Assembly: GCA_963422375.2 (NCBI GenBank)
Contig: OY729427.2
Coordinates: forward strand, 1,382,211 to 1,446,210
Reading direction: 5' to 3'
Length of the DNA stretch: 64,000 bases
Origin: Bryobacterales bacterium
GTDB lineage: Bacteria > Acidobacteriota > Terriglobia > Bryobacterales > UBA6623
The notes under the pieces were generated by a model. That model saw only the letters and a list, made by a program, of their open reading frames with translations. It made no database searches and was not told where the DNA came from. A program made the position numbers and the translations under genes. Each line of letters begins with the position of its first letter. The first letter of the stretch is position 1. Positions 37,744 to 47,370 of the stretch are shown piece by piece.

Positions 37744-38478
37744 TCATACTCCGGACCGCGCCGCGCAGACAGCGTGCGCGGCTGTCTCGGCCAGGTGCAG
37801 CGAGAAGGCGCCGCGGTAGCGGAACCGCAGCGCGGCGCCGTCGCGGATCTCGAGCGACAGGTCCGACACGGCATGCCGGTCCACTTCCCGCTCGCGTCTG
37901 GGCGGCCGCTTGGCTTCGGAAACGAAGACCGGAACGTAGTCGCGGCCGTCCACGAGGATGCGCTCGACGCTGTCGACCCGCAGCGCGACCTCCACCCGGT
38001 CGTGCCGGTCCCGGCGGATCACCAGCAGATGCGGCCCGCGAAGCAGCAAGTACACAGCGGTCCCGGCCCGCAGACCTTCCGCGTCGTCCGGCGGGTTCTG
38101 GCCGGCCCACTCCCCCCCGTTGAGAAAGTACTCGGCATGGTGCATGCGCTGGATCCGGCGCTCGCCGTCCGGGTCGGGGGTCCGGCGGAGCGCGACCGCG
38201 AGCAACGCCGCGAGCAGGGCCGGGAGCTTGCTCCATTCCGGGCCCAAGGCCGCGACCGCCGCGGCGGCGACGAGCAGCCCCGACCGGATCCAGTTCCATT
38301 CGGCGCGCCGCCGCAAGCGGCGAAGCCATGGAATGACCAAGACCGCCGAGAAGAGAGCCGCCAGCAGCCCTGCCTGCGGCCGGGAGAGGTCGCGCGCAGG
38401 CGACCCGCCGCGGTCCTCGCCCGCCCGCAGCGTCGGATCGGCCCTGCGAATCCTTGCCCGGGCCCCGCTGTCGCTCAC
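37744..38478 (-). CDS. Hypothetical membrane protein (two N-terminal TM segments plus a soluble C-terminal domain)
   Basis: The GTG start overlaps the glmM stop (GTGA). Hydrophobic segments LLAALFSAVLVIPW and LLVAAAAVAALG are present. I recognise no family motif. Confidence 0.5.
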   Translation of the reverse strand: MSDSGARARIRRADPTLRAGEDRGGSPARDLSRPQAGLLAALFSAVLVIPWLRRLRRRAEWNWIRSGLLVAAAAVAALGPEWSKLPALLAALLAVALRRTPDPDGERRIQRMHHAEYFLNGGEWAGQNPPDDAEGLRAGTAVYLLLRGPHLLVIRRDRHDRVEVALRVDSVERILVDGRDYVPVFVSEAKRPPRREREVDRHAVSDLSLEIRDGAALRFRYRGAFSLHLAETAAHAVCAARSGV

Positions 38479-39818
38479 GGCCCCAGTTGTTTTCGGAACA
38501 GACCGGCGATCGCGGTGCAGTGACGCGTCACGTCGCTGGCGCGCTCGGCTTCGACCATGACCCGCACGACCGGCTCCGTGCCCGAGTAGCGGATGACGAC
38601 CCGCCCGCGCCCGGCCAGCTCCAACTCGCGCTCGGCCACGGCCTGGCGAATCTCCGGCAGGTCCTCGAGCGGGCGCTTCTCGCGAACGCGGACGCTGACG
38701 AGCTTCTGCGGGAAGACCCGCAAGCGCTTCCGCAGCTCGCTGCACGGGACGCCCTCTTCCGCAAGGATGCGCAGCATCATGAGTAAGGTGAGCAGCCCGT
38801 CCCCGGTGGTCGAGAAGTCACCGAAGATCGCGTGCCCCGACTGCTCGCCACCGAGGGCCGCCCCCGAGCTCAGCATCTCGTGGACGACGTGCTTGTCGCC
38901 CACAGGGGTGCGCACGAGCTGGATGCCGCGGTCCTGCAGGGCCAGGTCGAGGCCCAGATTGGACATGACCGTGGAAACGACGAGGTTCTCGTGCAGCAGG
39001 CCGCGTCGCTTCATCGCCACGGCAGCCGCGAGCAGCACGTGGTCCCCGTCCAAGGGCTCGCCGGTCTCGTCGACGAAGAGGCAGCGGTCGGCGTCCCCAT
39101 CAAGAGCCGCGCCGAAATTGGCGTCGGACGTCACCACCTCCCGCGCCAAGCGCTCCATGTGCAGCGCGCCGCAGTCCCGGTTGATGTTCCGCCCGTCGGG
39201 ATCGCAGGAGATGTAGCGGACATCGGCGCGAAGCGCCTCGCAGGCCAGCGGCGCGATCTCGGACGCGGCGCCGTTGGCGCAGTCGACAACGAATCGCAGC
39301 TTGCGCACGGACGCCGGCGGCTCGCAGGCCTGCAGCAGGTGCCGGACGTAGCGGAACGCGATCTCCTGGTCGTCCTCGAGCTCCTCCGATGCCGGAACAG
39401 CCCCGTTCGCGAGTGCGGCGCCAATGCGATCCTCCAGCTCCGCCTCCATCTCGTCCGGCAACTTGTAGCCGAACGGACCGAAGATCTTGATGCCGTTGTC
39501 CTCGAAAGGGTTGTGCGACGCGGAAACCACGACGCCGAGGGAATACTCCCCCTGCCGCGTCGCGTAGGCGACGGCCGGGGTGGGCACCACGCCTGCGAAC
39601 TCGCGCGCGACACCGCCCATGCGCAGTCCGCCCGCCAGGAGCATCGCGATGCGCGGCCCCGACTCGCGGGTGTCCATGCCGATCAGGACCTTTGGTCTGC
39701 GGTTCCGTCGAACCTGCGACGCGAGAGCGACTCCGACGGCAAACACGGTTCGGTCGTCGAGCGGGTACCGCCCGGACGTGCCCCTGATGCCGTCCGTTCC
39801 GAAGAGCCGATTGGACAT
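38475..39818 (-). CDS. glmM: Phosphoglucosamine mutase
   Basis: LFGTDGIRG start, active-site SASHNPFEDNGIK, Mg-binding DGDADR, and GEQSGH. Confidence 0.95.
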   Translation of the reverse strand: MSNRLFGTDGIRGTSGRYPLDDRTVFAVGVALASQVRRNRRPKVLIGMDTRESGPRIAMLLAGGLRMGGVAREFAGVVPTPAVAYATRQGEYSLGVVVSASHNPFEDNGIKIFGPFGYKLPDEMEAELEDRIGAALANGAVPASEELEDDQEIAFRYVRHLLQACEPPASVRKLRFVVDCANGAASEIAPLACEALRADVRYISCDPDGRNINRDCGALHMERLAREVVTSDANFGAALDGDADRCLFVDETGEPLDGDHVLLAAAVAMKRRGLLHENLVVSTVMSNLGLDLALQDRGIQLVRTPVGDKHVVHEMLSSGAALGGEQSGHAIFGDFSTTGDGLLTLLMMLRILAEEGVPCSELRKRLRVFPQKLVSVRVREKRPLEDLPEIRQAVAERELELAGRGRVVIRYSGTEPVVRVMVEAERASDVTRHCTAIAGLFRKQLGP

Positions 39819-39926
39819 AGCTAGCGGGGCCTAGCAGGCCGGGCGGCGCTAGCCCAGCCCATCCGATTGTACGACCTCGGGGCCCGTCTGGCCGCGGGTT
39901 CGGTACACTTGTCAGCCGGGCTCGCG

Positions 39927-40985
39927 ATGGCTGGCGACTTCAAGAAGCACCTGCTCCGAGGGATGCTGGCCCACTACCCGTTCGTCCTCAAGAACTTCAA
40001 GGCCTACGCCGGCAACCTCTACCGGCGCCGCGTGCTCGGATCCAGCGTCGTGGTGCCGTACTCGGCCATTTTCTACGCCACCCACAAGTGCAATCTCGAC
40101 TGCTCGTACTGCACCCAGAAGAACCCGCAGGCGTTCAGCGAGGAGCTGGGGACGGCGGACACGATCCGGCTGTTCCACAACATCCACAAGGAAGTGGACA
40201 CCCTGCTGATCACGGGCGGCGAATGCACCGTGAGGCCGGACATCGAGGAGCTCGTCATTGCGTCGCGCGAGGAAGTGGGCTTCCGGTCCGCGCTCGTTGT
40301 CACCAACGGCGTGCTGCTGAACGCGAGGCAGAGGATGCTGCCTTACCTGAACGGCTTGGTGTGCAGCCTGGACGCGATCACCCACGACCCGACCGAGCCG
40401 CTGTCGAAGTCCGCGACGGTTCCGCGGGTGATCGACAATCTGCTGCTGGCCAAGGAGTTCCTTCCCCCGCAGTCCATTACCGTTTCCTGCGTGCTCGAGC
40501 TGTGGAACCTGAAGGAGGCGGAGCGGATTCTCGAGTTCTGCGGCGAGCACGGATTCGTATTCTCGGCGCAATCCGCCCAGACCAACGGCAAGTTCCCGAA
40601 TCTCGCCCTGCTGCGCGACCCGCGCTACCGCGGCTTCGTCGAGCGCCTGATCGAAATGAGACAGCGAAACACGGTGCGCATCAACGGCACGCCCAAGCTG
40701 CTGCGCACGCTGCTGCTCTTCGAGGAATTCAAGTGCTACCCGACGATGTTCCCGCGGATCTACCCGAACGGCGACATATTCTACCCGTGCGAGGTGCTGC
40801 GAAAGATCGCCGGGAACGTCCTCGAGGACGGCTCGATTTCCGCGGCCTTCGAGCGGGGCCGCAAGCTGTACGGCGAGGTGCCCGAATGCAAGAGCAACTG
40901 CTTCCTCTTCGGCAACGTCCTCTCCTCCTACTACGTCGAGGACTTCTGGGGCCTGGCGGCCGACACCGTGGCTGCCCGCGGCTAG
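39927..40985 (+). CDS. Radical SAM enzyme of unknown function with a C-terminal Cys-rich extension
   Basis: CNLDCSYC (CxxxCxxC) at residues 55-62 and a GGEC SAM-binding motif. Four C-terminal Cys residues sit at positions 270, 288, 321 and 325 (KCYPTMFPRIYPNGDIFYPCE...PECKSNCF). 352 aa. Confidence 0.85.
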   Translation: MAGDFKKHLLRGMLAHYPFVLKNFKAYAGNLYRRRVLGSSVVVPYSAIFYATHKCNLDCSYCTQKNPQAFSEELGTADTIRLFHNIHKEVDTLLITGGECTVRPDIEELVIASREEVGFRSALVVTNGVLLNARQRMLPYLNGLVCSLDAITHDPTEPLSKSATVPRVIDNLLLAKEFLPPQSITVSCVLELWNLKEAERILEFCGEHGFVFSAQSAQTNGKFPNLALLRDPRYRGFVERLIEMRQRNTVRINGTPKLLRTLLLFEEFKCYPTMFPRIYPNGDIFYPCEVLRKIAGNVLEDGSISAAFERGRKLYGEVPECKSNCFLFGNVLSSYYVEDFWGLAADTVAARG

Positions 40986-41294
40986 GCTCGCTCCGCCGCT
41001 GCCGCACGACGTTCGCGATCTCCTGCCGGGGGACTTTCGCGAGATGGCCGGCTCCCAGCTGGAGGGGCGCGACCGCAATTTCCAGCCTTGGAGAGAGCAG
41101 CCAGCCCCTCTTCGGCGCGCGCAGTATCCCCTGCGACCGCGAGTGCGCACCGTCCCCGGCAGCCTCGCGGTGGCGTTCCCGCGCCCTGCAAGCGCCATTG
41201 CTACCGCGTGCCCTCGACGGCATCCCGATCCGGTGCTCCGACGGCGTTCGGCACGTGCCCGGCTCAGCGGCGGCACGCGGTCCGGCGACGGACG

Positions 41295-42296
41295 TCAGGT
41301 CGCGAATCCGTGCATCTCCCTGTAGATCGGCGCGTCGTAGCGCTGCGTCGACTTGAAGTGCTCGTGCCGACCGTCCCCGGCCAGCGGGGCCGCTAGAGCC
41401 ATGATCCGCTCGCGTTCGTCCGGGGCGAGCGCGCGGAACCCGCGTGCGATCTTGACGTCGGCCATCAGCTGGTCCACGTTGAGGTAGCCGCGCACGATCG
41501 AGGAAACGGGAAGGCTCAGCGCCCACCGAACGCACATCTCGGCCGTGACCTGCGTCCGGCTCGGGATCTCGGCGTCGCGCGGGCCCCCTCCGAGGCATTT
41601 CATGCCGATCACTCCCACGTCCTTGGCCAGGCAGACCGGGATGACGTCCCTCTGGAACGAGCGGTAGAAATGGTCCATCGGGTTGATCGGCATCTGGCTC
41701 GTCGCCCATTCGAAGCCCTTGGCGAGCATCCTCGCGTGGATGCTCGGATGCTTGTGCCCGGTGAAGCCGATGAAGCGCACCTTGCCCGCCTTCTGCGCCT
41801 CCAGCGCGACCTTCAGCCCGCCTCTGTCGAAGACCCAGTCGGGGTCGTTGTCGTAGTTGATCTCGTGAAACTGCCAGAGATCGATGCGGTCGGTCCCGAG
41901 TCGGCGCAGGCTGTCCTCCAAGCACTGCCGAGCGAACTTCTCGTCGCGCCCCGAGTTCTTCGTCATCAGGAAGACCTGGTCGCGACGGCCCCGGAGGGCC
42001 TTTCCCATGAATTCCTCTGCGTACCCGTCGTGGTACATCCAGGCGTTGTCCCAGAAAAAGACCCCGTTGTCGAGCGCGGCGTGAGCGAGCTTCATCGCGG
42101 CCGGCTCCCCATCGTCCCGCGCCGCGCGCCCGAGGTGCGCCCCGCCCAAGCAGAGAATCGAGACCTGCTCGCCCGTTCGGCCCAGCCTCCGCGTCGGGAT
42201 GCCCCGTCCGGCATCGTCCTGCGCGACCGACTGGGCCGCCAGCGCGGCGAGCGACCCGGCATGGGTCGAGCGGTTCGTCAAACTAGCGGCCGACAT
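41295..42296 (-). CDS. Aldo/keto reductase
   Basis: RRLGRTGEQVSILCLGGAH..., FFWDNAWMY, IDLWQFHEI and FIGFTGH motifs. I trimmed the ORF to the MSAASL start. Confidence 0.85.
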   Translation of the reverse strand: MSAASLTNRSTHAGSLAALAAQSVAQDDAGRGIPTRRLGRTGEQVSILCLGGAHLGRAARDDGEPAAMKLAHAALDNGVFFWDNAWMYHDGYAEEFMGKALRGRRDQVFLMTKNSGRDEKFARQCLEDSLRRLGTDRIDLWQFHEINYDNDPDWVFDRGGLKVALEAQKAGKVRFIGFTGHKHPSIHARMLAKGFEWATSQMPINPMDHFYRSFQRDVIPVCLAKDVGVIGMKCLGGGPRDAEIPSRTQVTAEMCVRWALSLPVSSIVRGYLNVDQLMADVKIARGFRALAPDERERIMALAAPLAGDGRHEHFKSTQRYDAPIYREMHGFAT

Positions 42297-42339
42297 CGAC
42301 CACAGTATAGGCAATCGGCTCGGGCTGGCGCGCCCTCGG

Positions 42340-42852
42340 TCAAGAGCCCGGCCGGACCGAGGCGAAGAAGGCGCGTGGCTCGGCGCGGACGATCTTCCAC
42401 CGGCCCCGCTCCTCGCGCAGGCCCAGCACGACCGTTCCGCGACGCTGCTCGACCGGCCCCGGATCGAGCTTCGGAGCAAGCTGCAGGAGCCAGTCCACTT
42501 CCACCGTCCACTCGCCCGCACGTGACTGCGGAACACCGCTGGCGACGGAGGAGGCGATGCGCCGCTGCTGCGTCAGGGCGGAGACCTGGTCGCGGAACGA
42601 CGCGAAATCCCGGAAGGCCCGCCGGTCGAATGCCGCGAGAAACAGCGGGGCGCTGCCCGATTGCAGCGCGCGGCTCGCGTCGCGCACCACCCGCCGAATC
42701 CCGTCCGCGGCCCTCGTCTCCTGCGCGATCGCCCGCAGGCCCGCCGGGAGTGCTAGGAGCAGCAGGCGACGCGTCGAGGCCGCGACGCCGGCGGAATCGC
42801 CTCGGGCCCCCTCAAGCTTCACGGACCGGGCTCCGTCCGAAGGCGTACTCAA
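42340..42852 (-). CDS. Hypothetical secreted protein
   Basis: 170-aa ORF (an alternative GTG start lies at 42822) with a leader-like LLLLALPAGLRAIAQ. It sits immediately downstream of, and overlaps the end of, the GMC small-subunit gene. I recognise no motif. Confidence 0.45.
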   Translation of the reverse strand: MSTPSDGARSVKLEGARGDSAGVAASTRRLLLLALPAGLRAIAQETRAADGIRRVVRDASRALQSGSAPLFLAAFDRRAFRDFASFRDQVSALTQQRRIASSVASGVPQSRAGEWTVEVDWLLQLAPKLDPGPVEQRRGTVVLGLREERGRWKIVRAEPRAFFASVRPGS

Positions 42853-43528
42853 TCGCCTCTCGCGGAACCTCGTAGTCCGTATGGGATGAGTTGCCGACGA
42901 ATCCGAGATCCTTGATTCCGACCGGGCTGGTGTAGTAGGCGTCGACGATGAGGCGTCTCGCCCATCCGAAGAAACGCAGCCCGCGACGCGCCTCGGCTGG
43001 CTCCCTTATGCCGAACACCGAGAAGCGGGCGTACTCTCCCGTCGCCCAGCGGGTCTCGCCGTCTCCGTAAGCGCGCTCGGCCGCAACCAAGGCGTCGAGA
43101 AGGGCGGTCTGATCGCTCTCGGCCGCGTCGGCGAATTGCTTCCCGCCGCGAGCGGCCGCTGCGGCGTCGAGCCAGAGGATGCCGCCCGTGAAGATGTCGG
43201 CCAGCTCGCGGTTCTGGCTGGCCAGCAGGTCGATGAACTCGGGCGCGCCGCCTTCGCGGGCGCTCGGCCCGCCCTCGTCGGCCGGAACGACGAGCTCGGC
43301 GAGGCGCTCCAGCGCGCGGAACTCGCGAGCGTTGAAGTACTTGACGTCGTACTCCCCCCGGAAGGTCCGTTCGCTCTCGACCTCTGCGTGGACCTGCGCG
43401 CCGTCCGCTGGGTCGATGCCCTGCGCTAGGCCGGCAGCCGTGACCGCGAGCGCGACACGCCGCAGGACCTCCCGGCGCGACGGCGCCTGGAGCGCCTTGA
43501 CGGAAACGAAACCCCGCTCGCTAGACAT
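42812..43528 (-). CDS. Gluconate 2-dehydrogenase subunit 3-family protein (Tat-exported small partner of a GMC oxidoreductase)
   Basis: Twin-arginine leader SRREVLRRVALAVTAAGLA. The 238-aa size and the overlap with the upstream GMC gene are typical of this pair. Confidence 0.75.
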   Translation of the reverse strand: MSSERGFVSVKALQAPSRREVLRRVALAVTAAGLAQGIDPADGAQVHAEVESERTFRGEYDVKYFNAREFRALERLAELVVPADEGGPSAREGGAPEFIDLLASQNRELADIFTGGILWLDAAAAARGGKQFADAAESDQTALLDALVAAERAYGDGETRWATGEYARFSVFGIREPAEARRGLRFFGWARRLIVDAYYTSPVGIKDLGFVGNSSHTDYEVPREAIEYAFGRSPVREA

Positions 43529-45221
43529 TGCCCTTCCTCAATTCCTCGGCCAGGTACTCCGCGGTGCGCCACGAAAGGGCGTTGATCGTCAGCGTCGGGT
43601 TCTTGTCGGGGTTGCTGACGAAGCTCGCGCCGTCGGCCACGAACAGGTTCCTGACCTCGTGCGCCTGGCAGTACTTGTTCAGCACCGACGCGGCCGGGCT
43701 GTCCCCCATGCGCGCCGTCCCGACCTCGTGGATGATCGATCCCGGGACCGCGATGCCCTCGCCCTCCCGCGCCGTGTTGCCGATGCCGAGCACCTTGCCG
43801 CCGGCGGCCTCGATCAGGTCGCGGAACGTCCGCTCCATGTGGCGGGCCTGCTTCCATTCGTAGTCGCTGAACGAGAAGTGGAACCGGGGCACGGGAATCC
43901 CCCAGCGATCGACCACTTCGGGATCGATATCCATGTAGCTCTGGTTGTTCGGGATCATCTCCCCGCGGCCCGACAGCCCGACCAGCGTGCCGTACGCTTC
44001 GCGCGCCCTGCGCTTCAGTTCCCGGCCGTACCCGGCCTCCCGGGCCAGGGCGCCGAAGCTTCCGGGGCCCGGCATGCCGAACCCGCCGCCCATCTCGATG
44101 TGGTAGCCGCGCGGGAAGTCGAGCTTGGAATGCCCGTCCCACAGCCACCACGGCGCGTAGAGGTGGGCCCCGCCGAATCCGTCCGTGTCGTAGCGCGGCA
44201 GGTTCTCCAGAGCGGGCAGGGTGCCCCCCAAGCTGAACCCGACCGTGTCCATCAGGTAGCGCCCGACCAGCCCCGAGCCGTTCGCGATGCCGTCGGGAAA
44301 GTGCTTCGACTTGGAATTGAGCATCAGGCGGGCCGTCTCGCAGGCCGAGGCGGCCAGCACGACCGCCCGCCCGCGCACGCGCCGCTCGGAGCGGGCCGCC
44401 TTGTCGACGTAGATCACTCCGCGGGCGAGGCCCCCGTCGCCGACCTCGACCGCCCGGGCCATCGAGTCCGTGATCACCGTGACGTTTCCGGTCTCCACGG
44501 CGGGGAACACGTCGATCTGCGACGCGGAGTAGTTCGAGGCCGTCAGGCAGCCCCGGCCGCACTGCCCGCAGTAATGGCAGGCCGCACGCCCGTTGATCGA
44601 GCGGGTGATCACGGCGCGCCGGTTGGCGATGAACGGAACGCCGAGCTTCCGGCCAGCCGCGCGGATCAGACGCTCGTGAACCTTCGGCGCGGGCGGATCG
44701 TGAAACTTGCCGTCGGGGGCGCTGGGGATGCCCTCGACCGTCCCCGTGACGCCGATGTACTCCTCGGCCCGGTCGTACCACGGCGCGATGTCCTCGTAGG
44801 AGATCGGCCAGTCCCGACCGATGCCGTCGCGGGAGTACGGCTTGAAGTCCATTTCCGAGAAGCGGAAAGACATCCTCCCGTAGTGGTTGGTGCGGCCGCC
44901 GACAACGCGCGAGCGGAACCACTCGAAGCGAGTTCCCGGAGCCGACGTGTAGGGCTCGCCCTCCAGCTGCCACCCGCCACTGACGGTCGTGAAGAAGCCG
45001 TAGGCCGTGCCCCTGCCGAAATAGGCCCTGCCTCCGTCCTCGGCCCCGCGATGGCCGTAGTCGTGAGGCCACTTGTGGGTCTTGAAATCGTTCCGCGGGT
45101 CGATCATGGGCCCGGCCTCGAGCAGGGCCACCTTCGCGCCCCGCTCGCCTAGAACGCGGGCCATCGTGCCGCCGCCGGCCCCCGCGCCGACCACGATCAC
45201 GTCGTAATCCTTCTCCGCCAC
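43521..45221 (-). CDS. GMC-family FAD-dependent oxidoreductase
   Basis: N-terminal DYDVIVVGAGAGGG FAD motif and the C-terminal GMC motif (HEVGTARMG...LFVADGASF). Confidence 0.9.
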   Translation of the reverse strand: MAEKDYDVIVVGAGAGGGTMARVLGERGAKVALLEAGPMIDPRNDFKTHKWPHDYGHRGAEDGGRAYFGRGTAYGFFTTVSGGWQLEGEPYTSAPGTRFEWFRSRVVGGRTNHYGRMSFRFSEMDFKPYSRDGIGRDWPISYEDIAPWYDRAEEYIGVTGTVEGIPSAPDGKFHDPPAPKVHERLIRAAGRKLGVPFIANRRAVITRSINGRAACHYCGQCGRGCLTASNYSASQIDVFPAVETGNVTVITDSMARAVEVGDGGLARGVIYVDKAARSERRVRGRAVVLAASACETARLMLNSKSKHFPDGIANGSGLVGRYLMDTVGFSLGGTLPALENLPRYDTDGFGGAHLYAPWWLWDGHSKLDFPRGYHIEMGGGFGMPGPGSFGALAREAGYGRELKRRAREAYGTLVGLSGRGEMIPNNQSYMDIDPEVVDRWGIPVPRFHFSFSDYEWKQARHMERTFRDLIEAAGGKVLGIGNTAREGEGIAVPGSIIHEVGTARMGDSPAASVLNKYCQAHEVRNLFVADGASFVSNPDKNPTLTINALSWRTAEYLAEELRKGNV

Positions 45222-45292
45222 TGCCGTTCGCTTCCTTCCTGCCGGGCCGCGCCCGGCTCCTACCGGACCGCGCGAGACGCGCGAGACCCGGA

Positions 45293-47248
45293 CTAGTCGA
45301 TACCGGCGGGCAGCGGATCCGGCCGCTTGCTGGAGACGCCGTCGTACGCTTCCGCGATGGAGATACTATGCTGCGTCAAGGTGTGCCCGGTAGAGCGGTC
45401 CAAGGTGATCTTCGCGTTGGCGTAGGTATTCTGCGTCGCGATCACGTTGGTCCGCGCGTTCGCCAGATCGCGCTGTGCCTGGACCACCTGGAAGATGGTC
45501 GAGGCTCCCAGGTTGTACTTCTTCTGCTCGGCGTCCAAGGTCTGCTCCTGGAGCTCCTGGGCCTTCACCGCCGCCGCGTAGCGGGCGCGCGCCTGCTGGA
45601 TGCGGATCACCGCGGACTGCACTTCGGAGCGAATCGCGTTCTCCGCCTGCACTAGGCGGATCTCCTGCTGCCGCTTCTCCAGCAGAGCCGCGGTGTAGTC
45701 CGCCCGCGCCTGGCGGTTCTTGATCGGGATATTCAGCTGCAGCCGCACCTGGTAGTCCGGGAAGTTGCGCCGGAAGAGCTGCCCGCCGGCCGTGGCGAGA
45801 CCGCCGAGGAAGAACGGCGCGACGTACGCGCTCTGGCCGGGACTGGCCAGGAACAGGTCGTTCTCCGACCCAGCCAGCGCGTTGTTGGTGAGGTCGACGA
45901 TCAAGTCGGCGCTCGGCAGCATGCCGTTCTTCACGCCCATCAGGCCGAGATCGGTGTTCTGGAGGCGGATGCGGTTCTGCGCCATGTCGGCGCGAGCCCG
46001 CAGGGCCACGTCCATCAGCACGGTCAGCGGCTCGAGCTCCTCGGCCATGTCGATCACGATCTCGTCGGTCGGGACCACCTCCGCATGCAGCAGGGACGGG
46101 CTGGCTATGCCGTTCACGCTGATGGCGTCCTTGAGCAGTGTCTCCTGCAGCTGCACCTCGGTCTGCGCCGCCGTCAGGTCGGCCTCGCGGGCCGCCACCT
46201 CGGCCTCGGCGCGGATGATTTCGATCGGGGCCAGCGTGCCGATCTCGACGCGGCGCTTGTTGTCCTCGTAGAGCTTCTTGGCCAGCTCGAGGTTCTGCCG
46301 CTGGCTCTCCACCTGCGCGCGAAGCGAGACGAGGCCCCAGTAAATGCCCGCGACCCGGGTGACGACCTCCTCCACCTGCAGCTTGAATTGCAGGTTGGAA
46401 ATCTCGTGGTTGTTCCGCGCCACCTCAATGTTGCGGGTGTTCACCGCCACGCCGAAGCCTTGCAGCAGCGGCTGCGTCACGCGCAGCGTGAGAGCGCTCA
46501 CGAGGGAGGGATTGAAGTTGGTCCGCAAGCTGTTCGTGTCGGCGCGCGAGTTCGACCAAACCAGCGCCATCGTGGCGCCGGAGACAAACCCCTGGCGCAT
46601 GCCGACCTGCGAGTTGCTGATCTCGCGGACCAAGGTGCTCGTGCCGGTGACGAAGTTGCTCGTCTGCGGGTTGGAGAAGTGGCCCCAGTCGATGTTACCG
46701 AACACCGTCGGGTCCAGGTTCACCGCGGTCGTGCCGAAGAACGTGCTGGCATCGCCGACGGCGGCCGCGCCGCCCCCGCCCACTCCTGCGCCGCCCGCGC
46801 CGCCCCCCCCGGCACGTTGGGTGATACCCGTCGCCTGGCCCTGCGGCCCGCCGCCGCCGGTGTCGCCCAAGCCCGTAGAGAGGGTGCTGATCTGGTTCTG
46901 CACGCCGCGCAGCTGGGAGCCCGACTTCGCCCGCATCAAATCATTCGCCGCGCTCTGGGGCCCGTAGCGCGCCCATGCGATATCGAGATTGTTCTCGATC
47001 GCGAGCGCCAGCGCGTCGGACAGGGACACGTAGAGCTTGGCCTCGTACAGCAGGGAGTCCAGCCGGCTCGAGTTCGACAGGGAGATATCGGGAATTTCCG
47101 GGGACTTGAAGACCGGGCCGAAGGGCCACGTCGGAATACCCTCGCTGTAATCGACGGGCTTGGACCGGACGGACTGGGCGCTGGCGAGCGGCTGAAAGGC
47201 CAGCGCCGCAGCGACAAGCAGCGACAGTTCGAGTTTCCTGTGATTCAT
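45293..47248 (-). CDS. TolC-family outer-membrane efflux protein with an unusual Gly-rich insertion
   Basis: Signal peptide, then a duplicated OEP repeat pattern (LSDALALAIENNLDI..., ...RVEIGTLAPIEIIRAEAEVA..., ...YNLGASTIFQVVQAQRDLA...). 651 aa. Confidence 0.85.
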   Translation of the reverse strand: MNHRKLELSLLVAAALAFQPLASAQSVRSKPVDYSEGIPTWPFGPVFKSPEIPDISLSNSSRLDSLLYEAKLYVSLSDALALAIENNLDIAWARYGPQSAANDLMRAKSGSQLRGVQNQISTLSTGLGDTGGGGPQGQATGITQRAGGGGAGGAGVGGGGAAAVGDASTFFGTTAVNLDPTVFGNIDWGHFSNPQTSNFVTGTSTLVREISNSQVGMRQGFVSGATMALVWSNSRADTNSLRTNFNPSLVSALTLRVTQPLLQGFGVAVNTRNIEVARNNHEISNLQFKLQVEEVVTRVAGIYWGLVSLRAQVESQRQNLELAKKLYEDNKRRVEIGTLAPIEIIRAEAEVAAREADLTAAQTEVQLQETLLKDAISVNGIASPSLLHAEVVPTDEIVIDMAEELEPLTVLMDVALRARADMAQNRIRLQNTDLGLMGVKNGMLPSADLIVDLTNNALAGSENDLFLASPGQSAYVAPFFLGGLATAGGQLFRRNFPDYQVRLQLNIPIKNRQARADYTAALLEKRQQEIRLVQAENAIRSEVQSAVIRIQQARARYAAAVKAQELQEQTLDAEQKKYNLGASTIFQVVQAQRDLANARTNVIATQNTYANAKITLDRSTGHTLTQHSISIAEAYDGVSSKRPDPLPAGID

Positions 47249-47370
47249 GAGGGGGCTGACCGATGCAAGGCGCTTGCCTCGGGACGCAGAATCCCAGTTA
47301 GGATAGACGTTCCGGCGGGCGCGAAGGTTACCCCGCCGCGCCCGGGGGGCCGCGCTACGCTGCCTTGGTG

